Shown here: piece after piece, positions 9,406 to 18,274 of the stretch
Layout: the number at the start of each line of letters is the position of its first letter
Numbering within the stretch: position 1 is the stretch's first letter
From: a virus
Lineage: Duplodnaviria > Caudoviricetes
Virus record (IMG/VR): IMGVR_UViG_3300047321_000298
Coordinates: 96,001-160,000 of that record
Length of the DNA stretch: 64,000 nt
Direction: 5' to 3' (one strand)
Made by a program: the position numbers and the translations under genes
Notes under the pieces: model-generated
What the model was told of the DNA's origin: nothing
What the model saw: only the letters and a program-made list of their open reading frames with translations
Database searches by the model: none

Positions 9406-10049
9406 GACAGGATGAAGTGCAACTAGACGTGCTGCAGATGAACTTGCGTCTGCGGCACTCGTATTACTGGTACCTGGGCCAGCACATAGGTCTGACCGCA
9501 GGGGGTCCTGATCACATGCCTCCGAACCTGGACAGGGCAGATCAGGATAGCTGGATCGGGGGCTACCGGGAAGGACTGAAACAACGTGAAGATCAAAAGA
9601 ACGGGAACCGAGCAAAGATGAAACACATGATTGGCGTAGCCGCCGTGCTCTTTGACGACAAGGGCTCGATACTGCTGGAGCACCGTGCCAAAGACCCCGG
9701 GTCTGGGCTGTTCGTTCTTGCGGGTGGAAAGCTGGATGAGCCCGACCCTCGCGATGGTGTATCGCGTGAAGTGAAAGAAGAGCTAGGGCTTGAGATTCAT
9801 CCATCGCGCTTCACTCCCGTGTATTCGGGATTCGACACAATGGGCGATGGAACGCCCTTGATCATGCTGTATTTCGCTGCCCGCATCGAGCGGGGAACAG
9901 AGCGGAATATGGAGCCCAACAAGTGTCACGGACTGCGTTGGTTCCGTCCTTATCTGCTGCCTACCGAAGAAATGTGGACCAATGATCGAAGCGCGATTTC
10001 CTACGCTGACACGATCTTCGATTTCCGACGCATGGGGATGTATCGATGA
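9402..10049 (+). CDS. Nudix hydrolase with N-terminal extension
   Basis: Nudix box GGKLDEPDPRDGVSREVKEELGL, plus an ~70-aa extra N-terminus. Confidence 0.85.
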   Translation: MRQDEVQLDVLQMNLRLRHSYYWYLGQHIGLTAGGPDHMPPNLDRADQDSWIGGYREGLKQREDQKNGNRAKMKHMIGVAAVLFDDKGSILLEHRAKDPGSGLFVLAGGKLDEPDPRDGVSREVKEELGLEIHPSRFTPVYSGFDTMGDGTPLIMLYFAARIERGTERNMEPNKCHGLRWFRPYLLPTEEMWTNDRSAISYADTIFDFRRMGMYR

Positions 10050-10324
10050 AACCTGAGCGCGGTACATGGTGTGTCGTGATTGAACAGCAGTTGATGACTG
10101 CGACATGTCCACTACCAAAAAACGGCTGCATGTGGAAACACGCAGTCAACGGACGCTGCACCTACGACCAAGAATTTGCCGAATCTCTCACTGATCCAAA
10201 GCTTGTGAAGAATCCGGTTGGAGAATTCGCGAATCACGTCGGTTTGGGTGCGCTAGACCCCGATATCGTGAAAATCATCAAGCGCTCGCTGGTTTCTGCG
10301 GTGAAAAAAGAGATCAGTACGTAA
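10046..10324 (+). CDS. hypothetical Cys/His-containing protein
   Basis: 92-aa coupled ORF. Confidence 0.65.
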   Translation: MKPERGTWCVVIEQQLMTATCPLPKNGCMWKHAVNGRCTYDQEFAESLTDPKLVKNPVGEFANHVGLGALDPDIVKIIKRSLVSAVKKEIST

Positions 10325-10337
10325 TTACATATGCGCG

Positions 10338-10345
10338 AGTAAATA
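10338..10345 (+). promoter_or_regulatory. AGTAAATA box
   Basis: Intergenic, upstream of ORF 10461. Confidence 0.55.
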
Positions 10346-10460
10346 ATAAGTAGAGGATAAGTATTCAACTCTATGAGTACGCACCACAAGATGTGCGGCT
10401 CCTTGCTCTGTCACACCCCTTCCCGAATACACAAATCCCTGGTTATTTTTGGAGTTAGCA

Positions 10461-11168
10461 ATGAAATCAATCCCACTGTCAGAACTGGACGTAAAGGACA
10501 CACGCGGCCCCATCTGGATCGTGAACACTGCAGCGCAATCAAAGTATCGCGTTACCGGCCAACTGATCATCAGCATTCCGTCGCTGAATGGCGGCAAGGA
10601 AGAAGCGCTGACTGTTCCGTATACGTGGTTGCCGATGGACGCAGCAGCGCACTTCCCGCGTGATCGCCTGCTCGTGTCCACGGAATTCCGCAAGTCAGTG
10701 ATCAACGGCTTGGTCACGATCATTTCCGCGAATGATGCAAAACGTCTGGAAGAAACGGAAGGCGCGGATGAAGAACGCGAGCGTCTGAGCGAACTGGATG
10801 AAATCGTCCGTCAGCAATCGTCAGCCCGTTCGATCAGCGACGCGAATGTGGAAATCAACGGTCAGCAGCAAGGCAAGGGCGAGGACTCGGAAACGGTTTC
10901 GATGTTCGGTTTCGATGAGACACCGTCGATTGCCAAGCAACTGGCAGGCAAGAAGAAACCGTCTGTGGACGATTCCGGCTTCACGAACCAGTTCCTGATG
11001 TTCGCGAACAAGGTCAAGGAAGACACGGACATGGGCGCGCTCAATCAAATCCGTGCGCGCTCGAAATTCACGCGCAAGGAAATCCGCTATCTGGCGGATC
11101 ACCTGAGCAACCACCCGAAGACGCAGAAGCAACTTCAGGCGCGCATCGCTGCGTTCGAAAAGGCGTAA
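10461..11168 (+). CDS. hypothetical protein
   Basis: GGAG RBS, 235 aa, phage-like codon usage. Confidence 0.8.
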   Translation: MKSIPLSELDVKDTRGPIWIVNTAAQSKYRVTGQLIISIPSLNGGKEEALTVPYTWLPMDAAAHFPRDRLLVSTEFRKSVINGLVTIISANDAKRLEETEGADEERERLSELDEIVRQQSSARSISDANVEINGQQQGKGEDSETVSMFGFDETPSIAKQLAGKKKPSVDDSGFTNQFLMFANKVKEDTDMGALNQIRARSKFTRKEIRYLADHLSNHPKTQKQLQARIAAFEKA

Positions 11169-11233
11169 GCCTCCTGTTTTCTCCCAGAGGTTCATAAATA
11201 CCCAGCGGAGACTTTAACCAATGGGAGCAACCC

Positions 11234-11734
11234 GTGTCCGAGAGTCCCCAGTACGACATCATCAACAAGTCCAAGCACTACAACCAGCATCCGTCAGGTG
11301 TCGAGTGTATCGAACTGGCTGAGCGTCTGTCTTTCTGCGCTGGCAACGCGTTCAAGTATGTATTCCGGCGTGGTGAAAAGGACGACACTGTCCAAGACCT
11401 GAAAAAAGCAATTTACTACCTGAATCGCGAGCGCTATCAGATGGAGAATCTGATCCGCTGGCGGAGCAAGCAGAACGCTGACGCCATGTTCGTCAACGAC
11501 CACTTCACCCGCACTGATTATGCGAACATCGCGACGCTGCTCGAAACAGAGCCGAACAAGCTGGCGTGCGCTGTCTACTCACGAATCTTCCTGGGCGGTG
11601 TGAAGATCGACTACTACATCGAGTCGCTCGGCTACGCGGTTGGGTACGTACAGACCATGATCGAGCAAATCGAGAACGGTCTCCCCGTGATCGAGCAGCC
11701 GGAATTCGGTGAAGCCACTGCAACAGAAATCTAA
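11234..11734 (+). CDS. DUF3310 family protein
   Basis: INKSKHYNQHPSGVECIE...FCAGNAFKYVFRRGEKD...QDLKKAIYYL. Confidence 0.85.
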   Translation: MSESPQYDIINKSKHYNQHPSGVECIELAERLSFCAGNAFKYVFRRGEKDDTVQDLKKAIYYLNRERYQMENLIRWRSKQNADAMFVNDHFTRTDYANIATLLETEPNKLACAVYSRIFLGGVKIDYYIESLGYAVGYVQTMIEQIENGLPVIEQPEFGEATATEI

Positions 11735-11869
11735 ATGTGTTGCACAATACGTCAGTGGCTGATAGTATGGCTTTGCACAATACGTCAGCTACTGGCTGTA
11801 TGTAATGGATGGTCTGGTTTCTATACTTGACCTCCTTGATATCTACCTCCCTATGAAACGGAGCGCACA

Positions 11870-12217
11870 TTGAAGCAAATCAGCAACCAAACGGTTATCC
11901 AGCAGGCTGACCGCTACCACGACCTCCAACGCAAACACCGCGATCTGATGGCACAGGCACGTGAAGCCGAAGCCGAAATGCGAAAAATTTACCCGGCTCT
12001 GATCAAGGCCGCACAAGGCCAGGATTTCAGCTTTCCCTCCGCCGACGAGTACATGAAAGTGTGTGAAATCAATCAGGTAGAGGGACCTGAGGACGTTCCG
12101 AAGATGCGCGAGATGCTGCTGAAGCTGCGCCGGAAAATCCCGATGACAACAAAAACTTCGGTCGTTGTTCGATATTTAACGGACGACGAGGTGCAAGAAT
12201 CGGATTCGGAGCAGTAA
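11870..12217 (+). CDS. hypothetical protein
   Basis: TTG start with GGAG RBS, 115 aa. Confidence 0.7.
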   Translation: MKQISNQTVIQQADRYHDLQRKHRDLMAQAREAEAEMRKIYPALIKAAQGQDFSFPSADEYMKVCEINQVEGPEDVPKMREMLLKLRRKIPMTTKTSVVVRYLTDDEVQESDSEQ

Positions 12218-12304
12218 ATGGGTATATGGGGACTGCTGTCGCTGTGCGTGGCTTTCCTCTGGGCCGTGTTCGGCATCGTCTATTTCATGGTGCCGAACAG
12301 ATAA
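12218..12304 (+). CDS. small single-pass membrane peptide (28 aa)
   Basis: Translated by hand: MGIWGLLSLCVAFLWAVFGIVYFMVPNR; ATG directly follows the upstream TAA. Confidence 0.45.
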   Translation: MGIWGLLSLCVAFLWAVFGIVYFMVPNR

Positions 12305-12324
12305 ATTGATCACGGGGGTGGTAA

Positions 12325-12525
12325 ATGCAAGTTGGTCTCCTGTTGCTGATCCTGCTGTCTGATTCATTTGCCTTCGGGCTACGCGCAAGCTGGGGCTACC
12401 CAACAGACCTAGCGGTCGCGTGGGTGCTTGGCTCGCTGCTTCTCATGTCTCTGCCTTACTTCAGAAAACCAAAATGGACGGACGACTCAAAGTGGTTAAG
12501 CTCAGGTCAAGACCTCTGGTCGTGA
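12325..12525 (+). CDS. small membrane protein
   Basis: Two hydrophobic segments; GGGGGTGG RBS. Confidence 0.55.
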   Translation: MQVGLLLLILLSDSFAFGLRASWGYPTDLAVAWVLGSLLLMSLPYFRKPKWTDDSKWLSSGQDLWS

Positions 12526-12688
12526 CTGCACATCGCGTATCTGATTTCAAAATAGAAATACGCGTGCTCCACTCACGGAGCAACAAGCTTCTGAAGTCTG
12601 TACCGTACTTTACGAACTCGAATCGTAATGCGCGGGATATCTGCACGCGTTACATACACAAGCACTATCCACAAACGGGGTCTGCAAA

Positions 12689-13027
12689 ATGAATGTTCGG
12701 CGCTTCAAGAATTCCTTTCTTACTTTTTTCTTCGCTGCGGCCTTATTCGTTGCGTGGCTCGCGGAGCAGTCTTCGAGCCTTTATCAGCAACGAATGACGC
12801 TGCTGATCAGCGTCCTGATGCTGATGTTGTGCATTGCCCTGGCGCTGGCTATTTCAATGCCCGAACAGCCGAAACGGCCCAAAGCGGCGCGCTCGTCCCT
12901 GACACCGGAGCAGCAACGCAATGCCGCGATGTTCCGCCATCAACCGGCCAGCGCTCAGTTTAAGGTCCGCATGTTTTACAACGAGCAACTGCAGCGCACA
13001 GGCAGCAGGGTCCACCGTCAAGCTTAA
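12689..13027 (+). CDS. membrane protein
   Basis: Two hydrophobic helices, 112 aa. Confidence 0.65.
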   Translation: MNVRRFKNSFLTFFFAAALFVAWLAEQSSSLYQQRMTLLISVLMLMLCIALALAISMPEQPKRPKAARSSLTPEQQRNAAMFRHQPASAQFKVRMFYNEQLQRTGSRVHRQA

Positions 13028-13048
13028 TCAACCGTATTGGGTAGTGAA

Positions 13049-13498
13049 ATGAGTGAAGAAATGCAGCAGCCGCCCGAATTGCAGTTCCTGGAGCTAATCC
13101 GACAGTTGAACGCAGAACTGCCACAGCATCTGAAAGATTATCAAGCGGACGCCTATAGAAGGCCCTCATTTGGAGAGCAGCCTAATCACACCGACCAAGC
13201 GCTTGCCATCTTCTTTCACCACATCGCGTTCGAAACATTCAGTGCGTTTGAGCGCGTGCGGCTAGAAGCCGATGGTGCAGAGGGTGGTGACTTCCCCGAA
13301 ATCAAGTCGCCTGTCGTTCGTAACTTCTGGAGTCGCGTTGTAGAGCAGCGCACAGCGTCTCGTGACCGGCGCGCAGCGGAGATTCTGAACGCGCTGACTG
13401 AGGAAGACCGTCGCGCACTCATTCAAGCTGGTGTCCGCTTTCCATCTCCAGCAAAGCCTGTATCCACTAAGCACAGATCGACACGAAATATGTATTGA
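13049..13498 (+). CDS. hypothetical protein
   Basis: ORF 13037-13498; ATG at 13049. Confidence 0.7.
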   Translation: MSEEMQQPPELQFLELIRQLNAELPQHLKDYQADAYRRPSFGEQPNHTDQALAIFFHHIAFETFSAFERVRLEADGAEGGDFPEIKSPVVRNFWSRVVEQRTASRDRRAAEILNALTEEDRRALIQAGVRFPSPAKPVSTKHRSTRNMY

Positions 13499-13523
13499 CA
13501 CTCTGTGCAAGGCTGTTTAAAGT
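13495..13523 (+). promoter_or_regulatory. sigma70-type early promoter (TTGACN-xxx-TGTGCA family)
   Basis: TTGACA-ctctgtgcaaggctgtt-TAAAGT. Confidence 0.6.
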
Positions 13524-13602
13524 GAAGTCAACGGTGAGCGAAACAGAAAAGCGAACCGATAAGAAAATCCCAAACCACTCCTTATGAAACGGAGAAGAAC
13601 AA

Positions 13603-13992
13603 ATGCAAATCTTCAAAAGCAAGCTGGCTAAAACCGAAACCGCAACCGTTCAACTGAACGCTGACGAAATCGCGAAGTTGAAAAATGCGCTCGGCACTGC
13701 ACCGGAAGCAACGAAGATTAACCTGCTCAACGGCGTATCGATGCGCCAACTGCCGAACCGCTGGTTCACGGTCGAAGCAGACAGCGCTCCCGTGTCGAAG
13801 GTCGAACGCATCGAAGCTGCGCTGCAACTGATCGAAAAGTGCGTGGTGCACAACTATTCACTGAACGTGGAAGCGCCGGACGCCGACGAAGCAGAAAAGC
13901 CGGTTCAAGAGGTCGTACACGGCGGTGGTCGTTCGCACAAAACCCCGCCGTCGCAACTGCTGATCCAGATGTTTAGTCGCCTGTCGTTCTGA
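13603..13992 (+). CDS. hypothetical protein
   Basis: GGAG RBS, 129 aa. Confidence 0.75.
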   Translation: MQIFKSKLAKTETATVQLNADEIAKLKNALGTAPEATKINLLNGVSMRQLPNRWFTVEADSAPVSKVERIEAALQLIEKCVVHNYSLNVEAPDADEAEKPVQEVVHGGGRSHKTPPSQLLIQMFSRLSF

Positions 13993-14069
13993 TCGACTCA
14001 CAGCATTACTTCTAACGACGGCTCTGAAACACGGGCCGCCTGTGTAAAACCTCACTGGAGAAGTACCTC

Positions 14070-14417
14070 ATGTTCAATATCCTCGGTTCCTTCGCGAACG
14101 CAAAGAAGCCCAAGACCGTCGAAGCCTGCGCCGAATACGTCAAAGGTCACTGGGTTGTGTTGGTCCGCAATGCTGGTCACAAGAACTGGGTGCCGGTTCT
14201 GGATCACCAGAAGCAGATTTCCGACCACGATGCTTTTGGCGAAGTGATCCATACGCGTGCGTCAATCATGACGTTCGGAACTAAGGCCCAAGCTGACGAC
14301 TATATCCGCGTTTCGATTCCGGAAGCGGCCGAACACCGCGCGCAGCGCAGGCCGTCCAAGGAACTGGTGAATTTTTCGATTCCTTCGGGATCACGGGATT
14401 CCATGATCGCTGCCTGA
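14070..14417 (+). CDS. hypothetical protein
   Basis: GGAG RBS, 115 aa. Confidence 0.75.
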   Translation: MFNILGSFANAKKPKTVEACAEYVKGHWVVLVRNAGHKNWVPVLDHQKQISDHDAFGEVIHTRASIMTFGTKAQADDYIRVSIPEAAEHRAQRRPSKELVNFSIPSGSRDSMIAA

Positions 14418-14459
14418 CTCGTGAACTGTGTGGAGCGGGTGGGCGATTTGCCCACCTTC

Positions 14460-14467
14460 AGTAAATA
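14460..14467 (+). promoter_or_regulatory. AGTAAATA box
   Basis: Intergenic, follows hairpin GGTGGGC/GCCCACC. Confidence 0.55.
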
Positions 14468-14505
14468 AGATAGTAGAACCCTCCACATTTCACTGTAGGT
14501 AGCCT

Positions 14506-14787
14506 ATGCAGAATTCAGTTCCTGCGGTCGGGACCGAAATCCCGATTGTCGAAGGATCACTGGTCTTGAGCCGTGATCAACGCACGCAAGTGTGCCGTAT
14601 CAAATACCAAAAAGATTCGGAAGATTGGGTTATGGTCCCCGCCCGCCTGAATCGACACGGATCGCTCATCAATCACGGACTGCTCGTGTTTCTGAACAGC
14701 CAAGCGACAGCGTCCAACACCCACATCCGAATCACTGCGATCCAACCAACCGGGAAAGGTGCTTATGCCAGTCCCGCTACGGTTTGA
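14506..14787 (+). CDS. hypothetical protein
   Basis: 93 aa, downstream of an AGTAAATA box. Confidence 0.65.
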   Translation: MQNSVPAVGTEIPIVEGSLVLSRDQRTQVCRIKYQKDSEDWVMVPARLNRHGSLINHGLLVFLNSQATASNTHIRITAIQPTGKGAYASPATV

Positions 14788-15454
14788 CCTCGTAGCTGCC
14801 GACAGATCAAAGCTTAGTCTAGGTGCCCTGGCGGAATACCGCAAACTCAGGGCGCTAATCCCCCGGGAACGTGAGAAGTATTATCGGGTACACCAGCAAA
14901 CGCTGCGTGTAGCGAACCTCTATTACGACCAACACGACCAGCGTGACTACGTGGTGCGGCTGCGCTTAAGCGTGCGCAACGCAACGCGGGGCTCTGTGCC
15001 GTCCTCAGGCATGAGCACACCCACAGTCGCGGGCTACGTCACGAGCGGCACAGAGCAGCTATACAACGCAGAGCAGCACCTACTTTCTGCGGCCTATCGC
15101 AAAGTTCGTTCTCTGGTTCATCCCGACTCCAGTAAATTAAAGAATAGCCAAGAGCTATTTCAGTTAGTGAACGCAGCGTATCACCTGCGTGACCTGACGT
15201 TTTTACAGGAGACGTACTTTACGCTGGCTAAAGCGCACGATCTGTTCTGGCAGCAGACGGACGGTCTCGAATACGTAAAGCAGGAACTGGAGCGACCGAA
15301 GGCTAGCCTTCGCATCCTTCAGGCGTCTCCTGAATTCCGTATCTCGCAATTACATATGACTCGCAAGTTCGATGATGCGGCAAAGCTCGCTGATCTTCGT
15401 ATCAAGCAGCTAATTGTCGAACTGACTGCCGAGTTTCATTCGCTGCTCACGTAG
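14765..15454 (+). CDS. J-domain (DnaJ-like) protein
   Basis: AAYRKVRSLVHPDSSKLKNSQELFQLVNAAYHL: helix-HPD-helix J-domain signature. Confidence 0.75.
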   Translation: MPVPLRFDLVAADRSKLSLGALAEYRKLRALIPREREKYYRVHQQTLRVANLYYDQHDQRDYVVRLRLSVRNATRGSVPSSGMSTPTVAGYVTSGTEQLYNAEQHLLSAAYRKVRSLVHPDSSKLKNSQELFQLVNAAYHLRDLTFLQETYFTLAKAHDLFWQQTDGLEYVKQELERPKASLRILQASPEFRISQLHMTRKFDDAAKLADLRIKQLIVELTAEFHSLLT

Positions 15455-15480
15455 TTCACCCATCTATTCAGAGGTATCAA

Positions 15481-16137
15481 TTGAAATCCACTACCAAGGT
15501 GAGTGGCGGGAATCTCACGCCCCTCGAAAAAGCACGTCTCGCGCGTGCTGCCAACAAGGCAAACGGCACAACGTCTACAGCTACACGTTCGGCGCTGCCC
15601 ATCTACGAAGCGCCCGCAGATTTCACCCCGCACTTCCTGGAAGTGGTGGTGCGCACTGAGAAAGACGGTCTGTTCGCCACGGGCATCCGTGCGACTCGCT
15701 TCAAGGGTCGCTATGACCCGAACGCGGAAGACAAGAAAAAGTTCGATATGGCTGCGTACGACCAGACAACGATCATGGGCATCATGGCTCGCCTGTCGGC
15801 CGTCACGTTCAAGCCGACCAACGAGAACAAGTATCCCAAGTCGCCTAAAGAGCGCATTGGTCTCAAGGGTTCCTTCCGACTCCCGGCATCAACGAGCTTC
15901 AAGCTGATCATGCGCGTTGGACGCCGCTCCGCCGATCAAGCACTGATGGTCGGCATCAAACAGATCAAGCAGGGCATCAAGAAAAACGGCGTGATGACTG
16001 CCATCACGTTGCAGAACGACGACCCTGTGTATCGGTTGCTTCGTCGCGCTACGCGGTTCCTGCCCGCTGCATTCGCGAATGTTCAGCAACCGCCTGCAAA
16101 GCGCCGCACGAAGAAAACCACAGACTCCGACGAGTGA
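15481..16137 (+). CDS. hypothetical basic protein
   Basis: TTG start with GAGG RBS, 218 aa. Confidence 0.75.
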   Translation: MKSTTKVSGGNLTPLEKARLARAANKANGTTSTATRSALPIYEAPADFTPHFLEVVVRTEKDGLFATGIRATRFKGRYDPNAEDKKKFDMAAYDQTTIMGIMARLSAVTFKPTNENKYPKSPKERIGLKGSFRLPASTSFKLIMRVGRRSADQALMVGIKQIKQGIKKNGVMTAITLQNDDPVYRLLRRATRFLPAAFANVQQPPAKRRTKKTTDSDE

Positions 16138-16151
16138 AATTCGAAGTCTCT

Positions 16152-16159
16152 AGTAAATA
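16152..16159 (+). promoter_or_regulatory. AGTAAATA box
   Basis: Upstream of acidic repeat protein. Confidence 0.55.
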
Positions 16160-16260
16160 AGCTTGTGAAGGCCCTTCGAGGTTCCCCGCATTCAGGACGG
16201 ATGCAAGGGTTGCCGGTCCCCACTCCGCAGACCGGTACTGCCTATCTTTGAGGAAATCAA

Positions 16261-17031
16261 ATGGCAAAGAAGAACGCTGCAACTGCCGCTGCACCGAAAG
16301 CATCGGCTATCGGTTTGGCTGTCTACGCTCAGGTCACAGCCAAGGTTCTGGCTGATGGCGCACCGAAGGACGGTGCCTACTTCGGTGAAGGCGGTCTGGT
16401 GATCCCGCGCACGAATGTTATCACGGTCGTGGGCAAGACGATTTACTACCGCAAGCTCGAACTGATCGGCAGCATCAAGGAAGTCACGATCAAGAACGAC
16501 GTTGTGATCTACATCACGGACGCGGGTCCTGTGATCGCGCTCAACCCGGCTGATCTTCACATCGGTGAAACTCTGAGCGCGCCGGTCGCTGCTGTTGCTG
16601 CTGAATCGGACAGCGACGAAGAGGAAGACGACCAAGACGACGAACCGGCACCGGCTCCGAAGAAGCGCGGCGCTAAGAAGCCCGCTGTCGCTGCTGACGA
16701 AGACGAAGACGACGAAGACGAAGATTCGGACAACGACGACGAAGACGACGAACCCGCTCCGAAAAAGCGCGGTAAGAAAGTCGTAGACGAAGACGACGAA
16801 GACGACGAACCGGCTCCGAAAAAGCGCGGTAAGAAAGTCGTAGACGAAGACGACGAAGACGAAGATTCGGACAACGACGACGAAGACGAGGACGACGAAC
16901 CGGCACCGAAGAAGCGTGGCGGCCGTAAGCCCGCTCGTGACGAAGATGAAGATGAAGACGACGAACCCGCTCCGAAAAAGCGTGGCAAGCCGTCGCGCGA
17001 TGAAGACGAAGACGAAGAAGAGATGTTCTAA
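16261..17031 (+). CDS. low-complexity acidic/basic repeat protein
   Basis: GAGGA RBS; folded-looking N-terminus then D/E tracts alternating with five PAPKKRG motifs. Confidence 0.85.
   Translation: MAKKNAATAAAPKASAIGLAVYAQVTAKVLADGAPKDGAYFGEGGLVIPRTNVITVVGKTIYYRKLELIGSIKEVTIKNDVVIYITDAGPVIALNPADLHIGETLSAPVAAVAAESDSDEEEDDQDDEPAPAPKKRGAKKPAVAADEDEDDEDEDSDNDDEDDEPAPKKRGKKVVDEDDEDDEPAPKKRGKKVVDEDDEDEDSDNDDEDEDDEPAPKKRGGRKPARDEDEDEDDEPAPKKRGKPSRDEDEDEEEMF
16620..17025 (+). repeat. coding tandem repeats including a near-exact 57-bp unit
   Basis: gacgacgaacc(c/g)gctccgaaaaagcgcggtaagaaagtcgtagacgaagacgacgaa at 16744 and 16801, plus degenerate copies. Confidence 0.85.
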
Positions 17032-17046
17032 GTAGCCGTCTGCGTT

Positions 17047-17089
17047 GGGGTAGGGAGCACCTGTATTGCAGGAGGTTCCCTGCCCCTTT
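17047..17089 (+). terminator. rho-independent terminator-like hairpin
   Basis: GGGGTAGGGAGC...GTTCCCTGCCCC followed by TTTT. Confidence 0.65.
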
Positions 17090-17105
17090 TGCGTTCGAAA
17101 CATAC

Positions 17106-17453
17106 ATGGTGGTGGCCGTGGTTGATAGTAAAAAGCCCAACAGCAAGAAACGCGATGAGCGCGAACATCTGGCGTTATTCAGTCAAGACTGCAAGCGATG
17201 TAAGCACCTGGACCCTGCCGAAAAGACTGCGTACACGCAATGTCACTTTTCGAAAGGGAACGAATACTGTCCGGCTTCGGAGATTCAGATCGTTGTTGTG
17301 GGTGCGGCCTACCGCTTAGCGAAGCAGTTGAGAGCAGCACGAGACCAGCGGGACGCGGTTACAGAGGCCAGATTGATGGCCAAGGTTGCAAAGGAAACTG
17401 AGGCGTTCCAGGAACGTTTCTATCAAGCGATTGAGACCGGAGAACAAGAGTGA
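17106..17453 (+). CDS. hypothetical Cys-containing protein
   Basis: CKRCKH...CHF...CP pattern, 115 aa. Confidence 0.7.
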   Translation: MVVAVVDSKKPNSKKRDEREHLALFSQDCKRCKHLDPAEKTAYTQCHFSKGNEYCPASEIQIVVVGAAYRLAKQLRAARDQRDAVTEARLMAKVAKETEAFQERFYQAIETGEQE

Positions 17454-18274
17454 ACACGGAAGAGATTATGAAAGTCTCTAAATCAGATGAGCCGACGATC
17501 ATCCATCTGACGCGGATCAAGCAGTGGTACATCGTAGCCGACGCAGAGTCCTATCTGACGCTACGTAAAGCGGGCGTCGCTCTGACCCGGTTCCATCAGG
17601 ATTTCCTGCCCACGCTCAGGATGCTGACGCGCGGCAAAAACATTCGCGGCAAGGAGATTGATTTTCGCAAGGAAATCATGGCTCCATACTTTGACAAGAT
17701 CGGCGCGACGTGGAATCGAAAGCCTCATTGCGATTGCACGATTGGATCGAAGACCATGGTTTTCGAAACGTTGAAGGCTGAGAGCCTGCCGATTGCCAAG
17801 GCATCGATCCCGAAGCTTCAGGACATCCTGACCAAATTCTTCCAGCGCTGGGGCTACCGTTCGACTTTCGAGTACTCGGAGCTTCGCGGCAAGTGCAAGC
17901 TCAACGTTGAGTACTGGTTCGATCCTGAGCGTCAGCCTGTCGTGATTCTTGAAGACGAGCCAGAGGACCTGAACAAGAAAGTTCAGTTCAAGCTGGGGAA
18001 TCTGCGCCTCACTTTCACGTTCGACAATTTTGAATCGAGAACGGTAATTAGCAGGGGTGTCAGGCGCGCATCTAACGATGACGAGCGCCCACCGAAGGAC
18101 TACCAGATTGGCTACGTGCACACCTTGGTCGAAATCTCGCAGGGCGGCAAGTTCGTGCCTGTCCAGAGTTCGCGATGCACCTGGTCGGAACTGTCCACTG
18201 TTAAACCGCTGATCGCTGCACTGATGGATGTGCCTAACCGTCAGCCAAATAACTTTAACGAAGCTCCCGATTAA
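17450..18274 (+). CDS. hypothetical protein
   Basis: 274 aa, coupled to the topoisomerase genes. Confidence 0.75.
   Translation: MNTEEIMKVSKSDEPTIIHLTRIKQWYIVADAESYLTLRKAGVALTRFHQDFLPTLRMLTRGKNIRGKEIDFRKEIMAPYFDKIGATWNRKPHCDCTIGSKTMVFETLKAESLPIAKASIPKLQDILTKFFQRWGYRSTFEYSELRGKCKLNVEYWFDPERQPVVILEDEPEDLNKKVQFKLGNLRLTFTFDNFESRTVISRGVRRASNDDERPPKDYQIGYVHTLVEISQGGKFVPVQSSRCTWSELSTVKPLIAALMDVPNRQPNNFNEAPD

Noticed and set aside
16192-17103. Long antisense ORFs (also 26893-27579, 38734-39639, 42527-43159, 43287-44144, 45162-45890, 60565-61314 and many shorter ones)
   Set aside because: Shadow frames of recognisable + strand genes with high-GC third positions; no RBS or motifs of their own.
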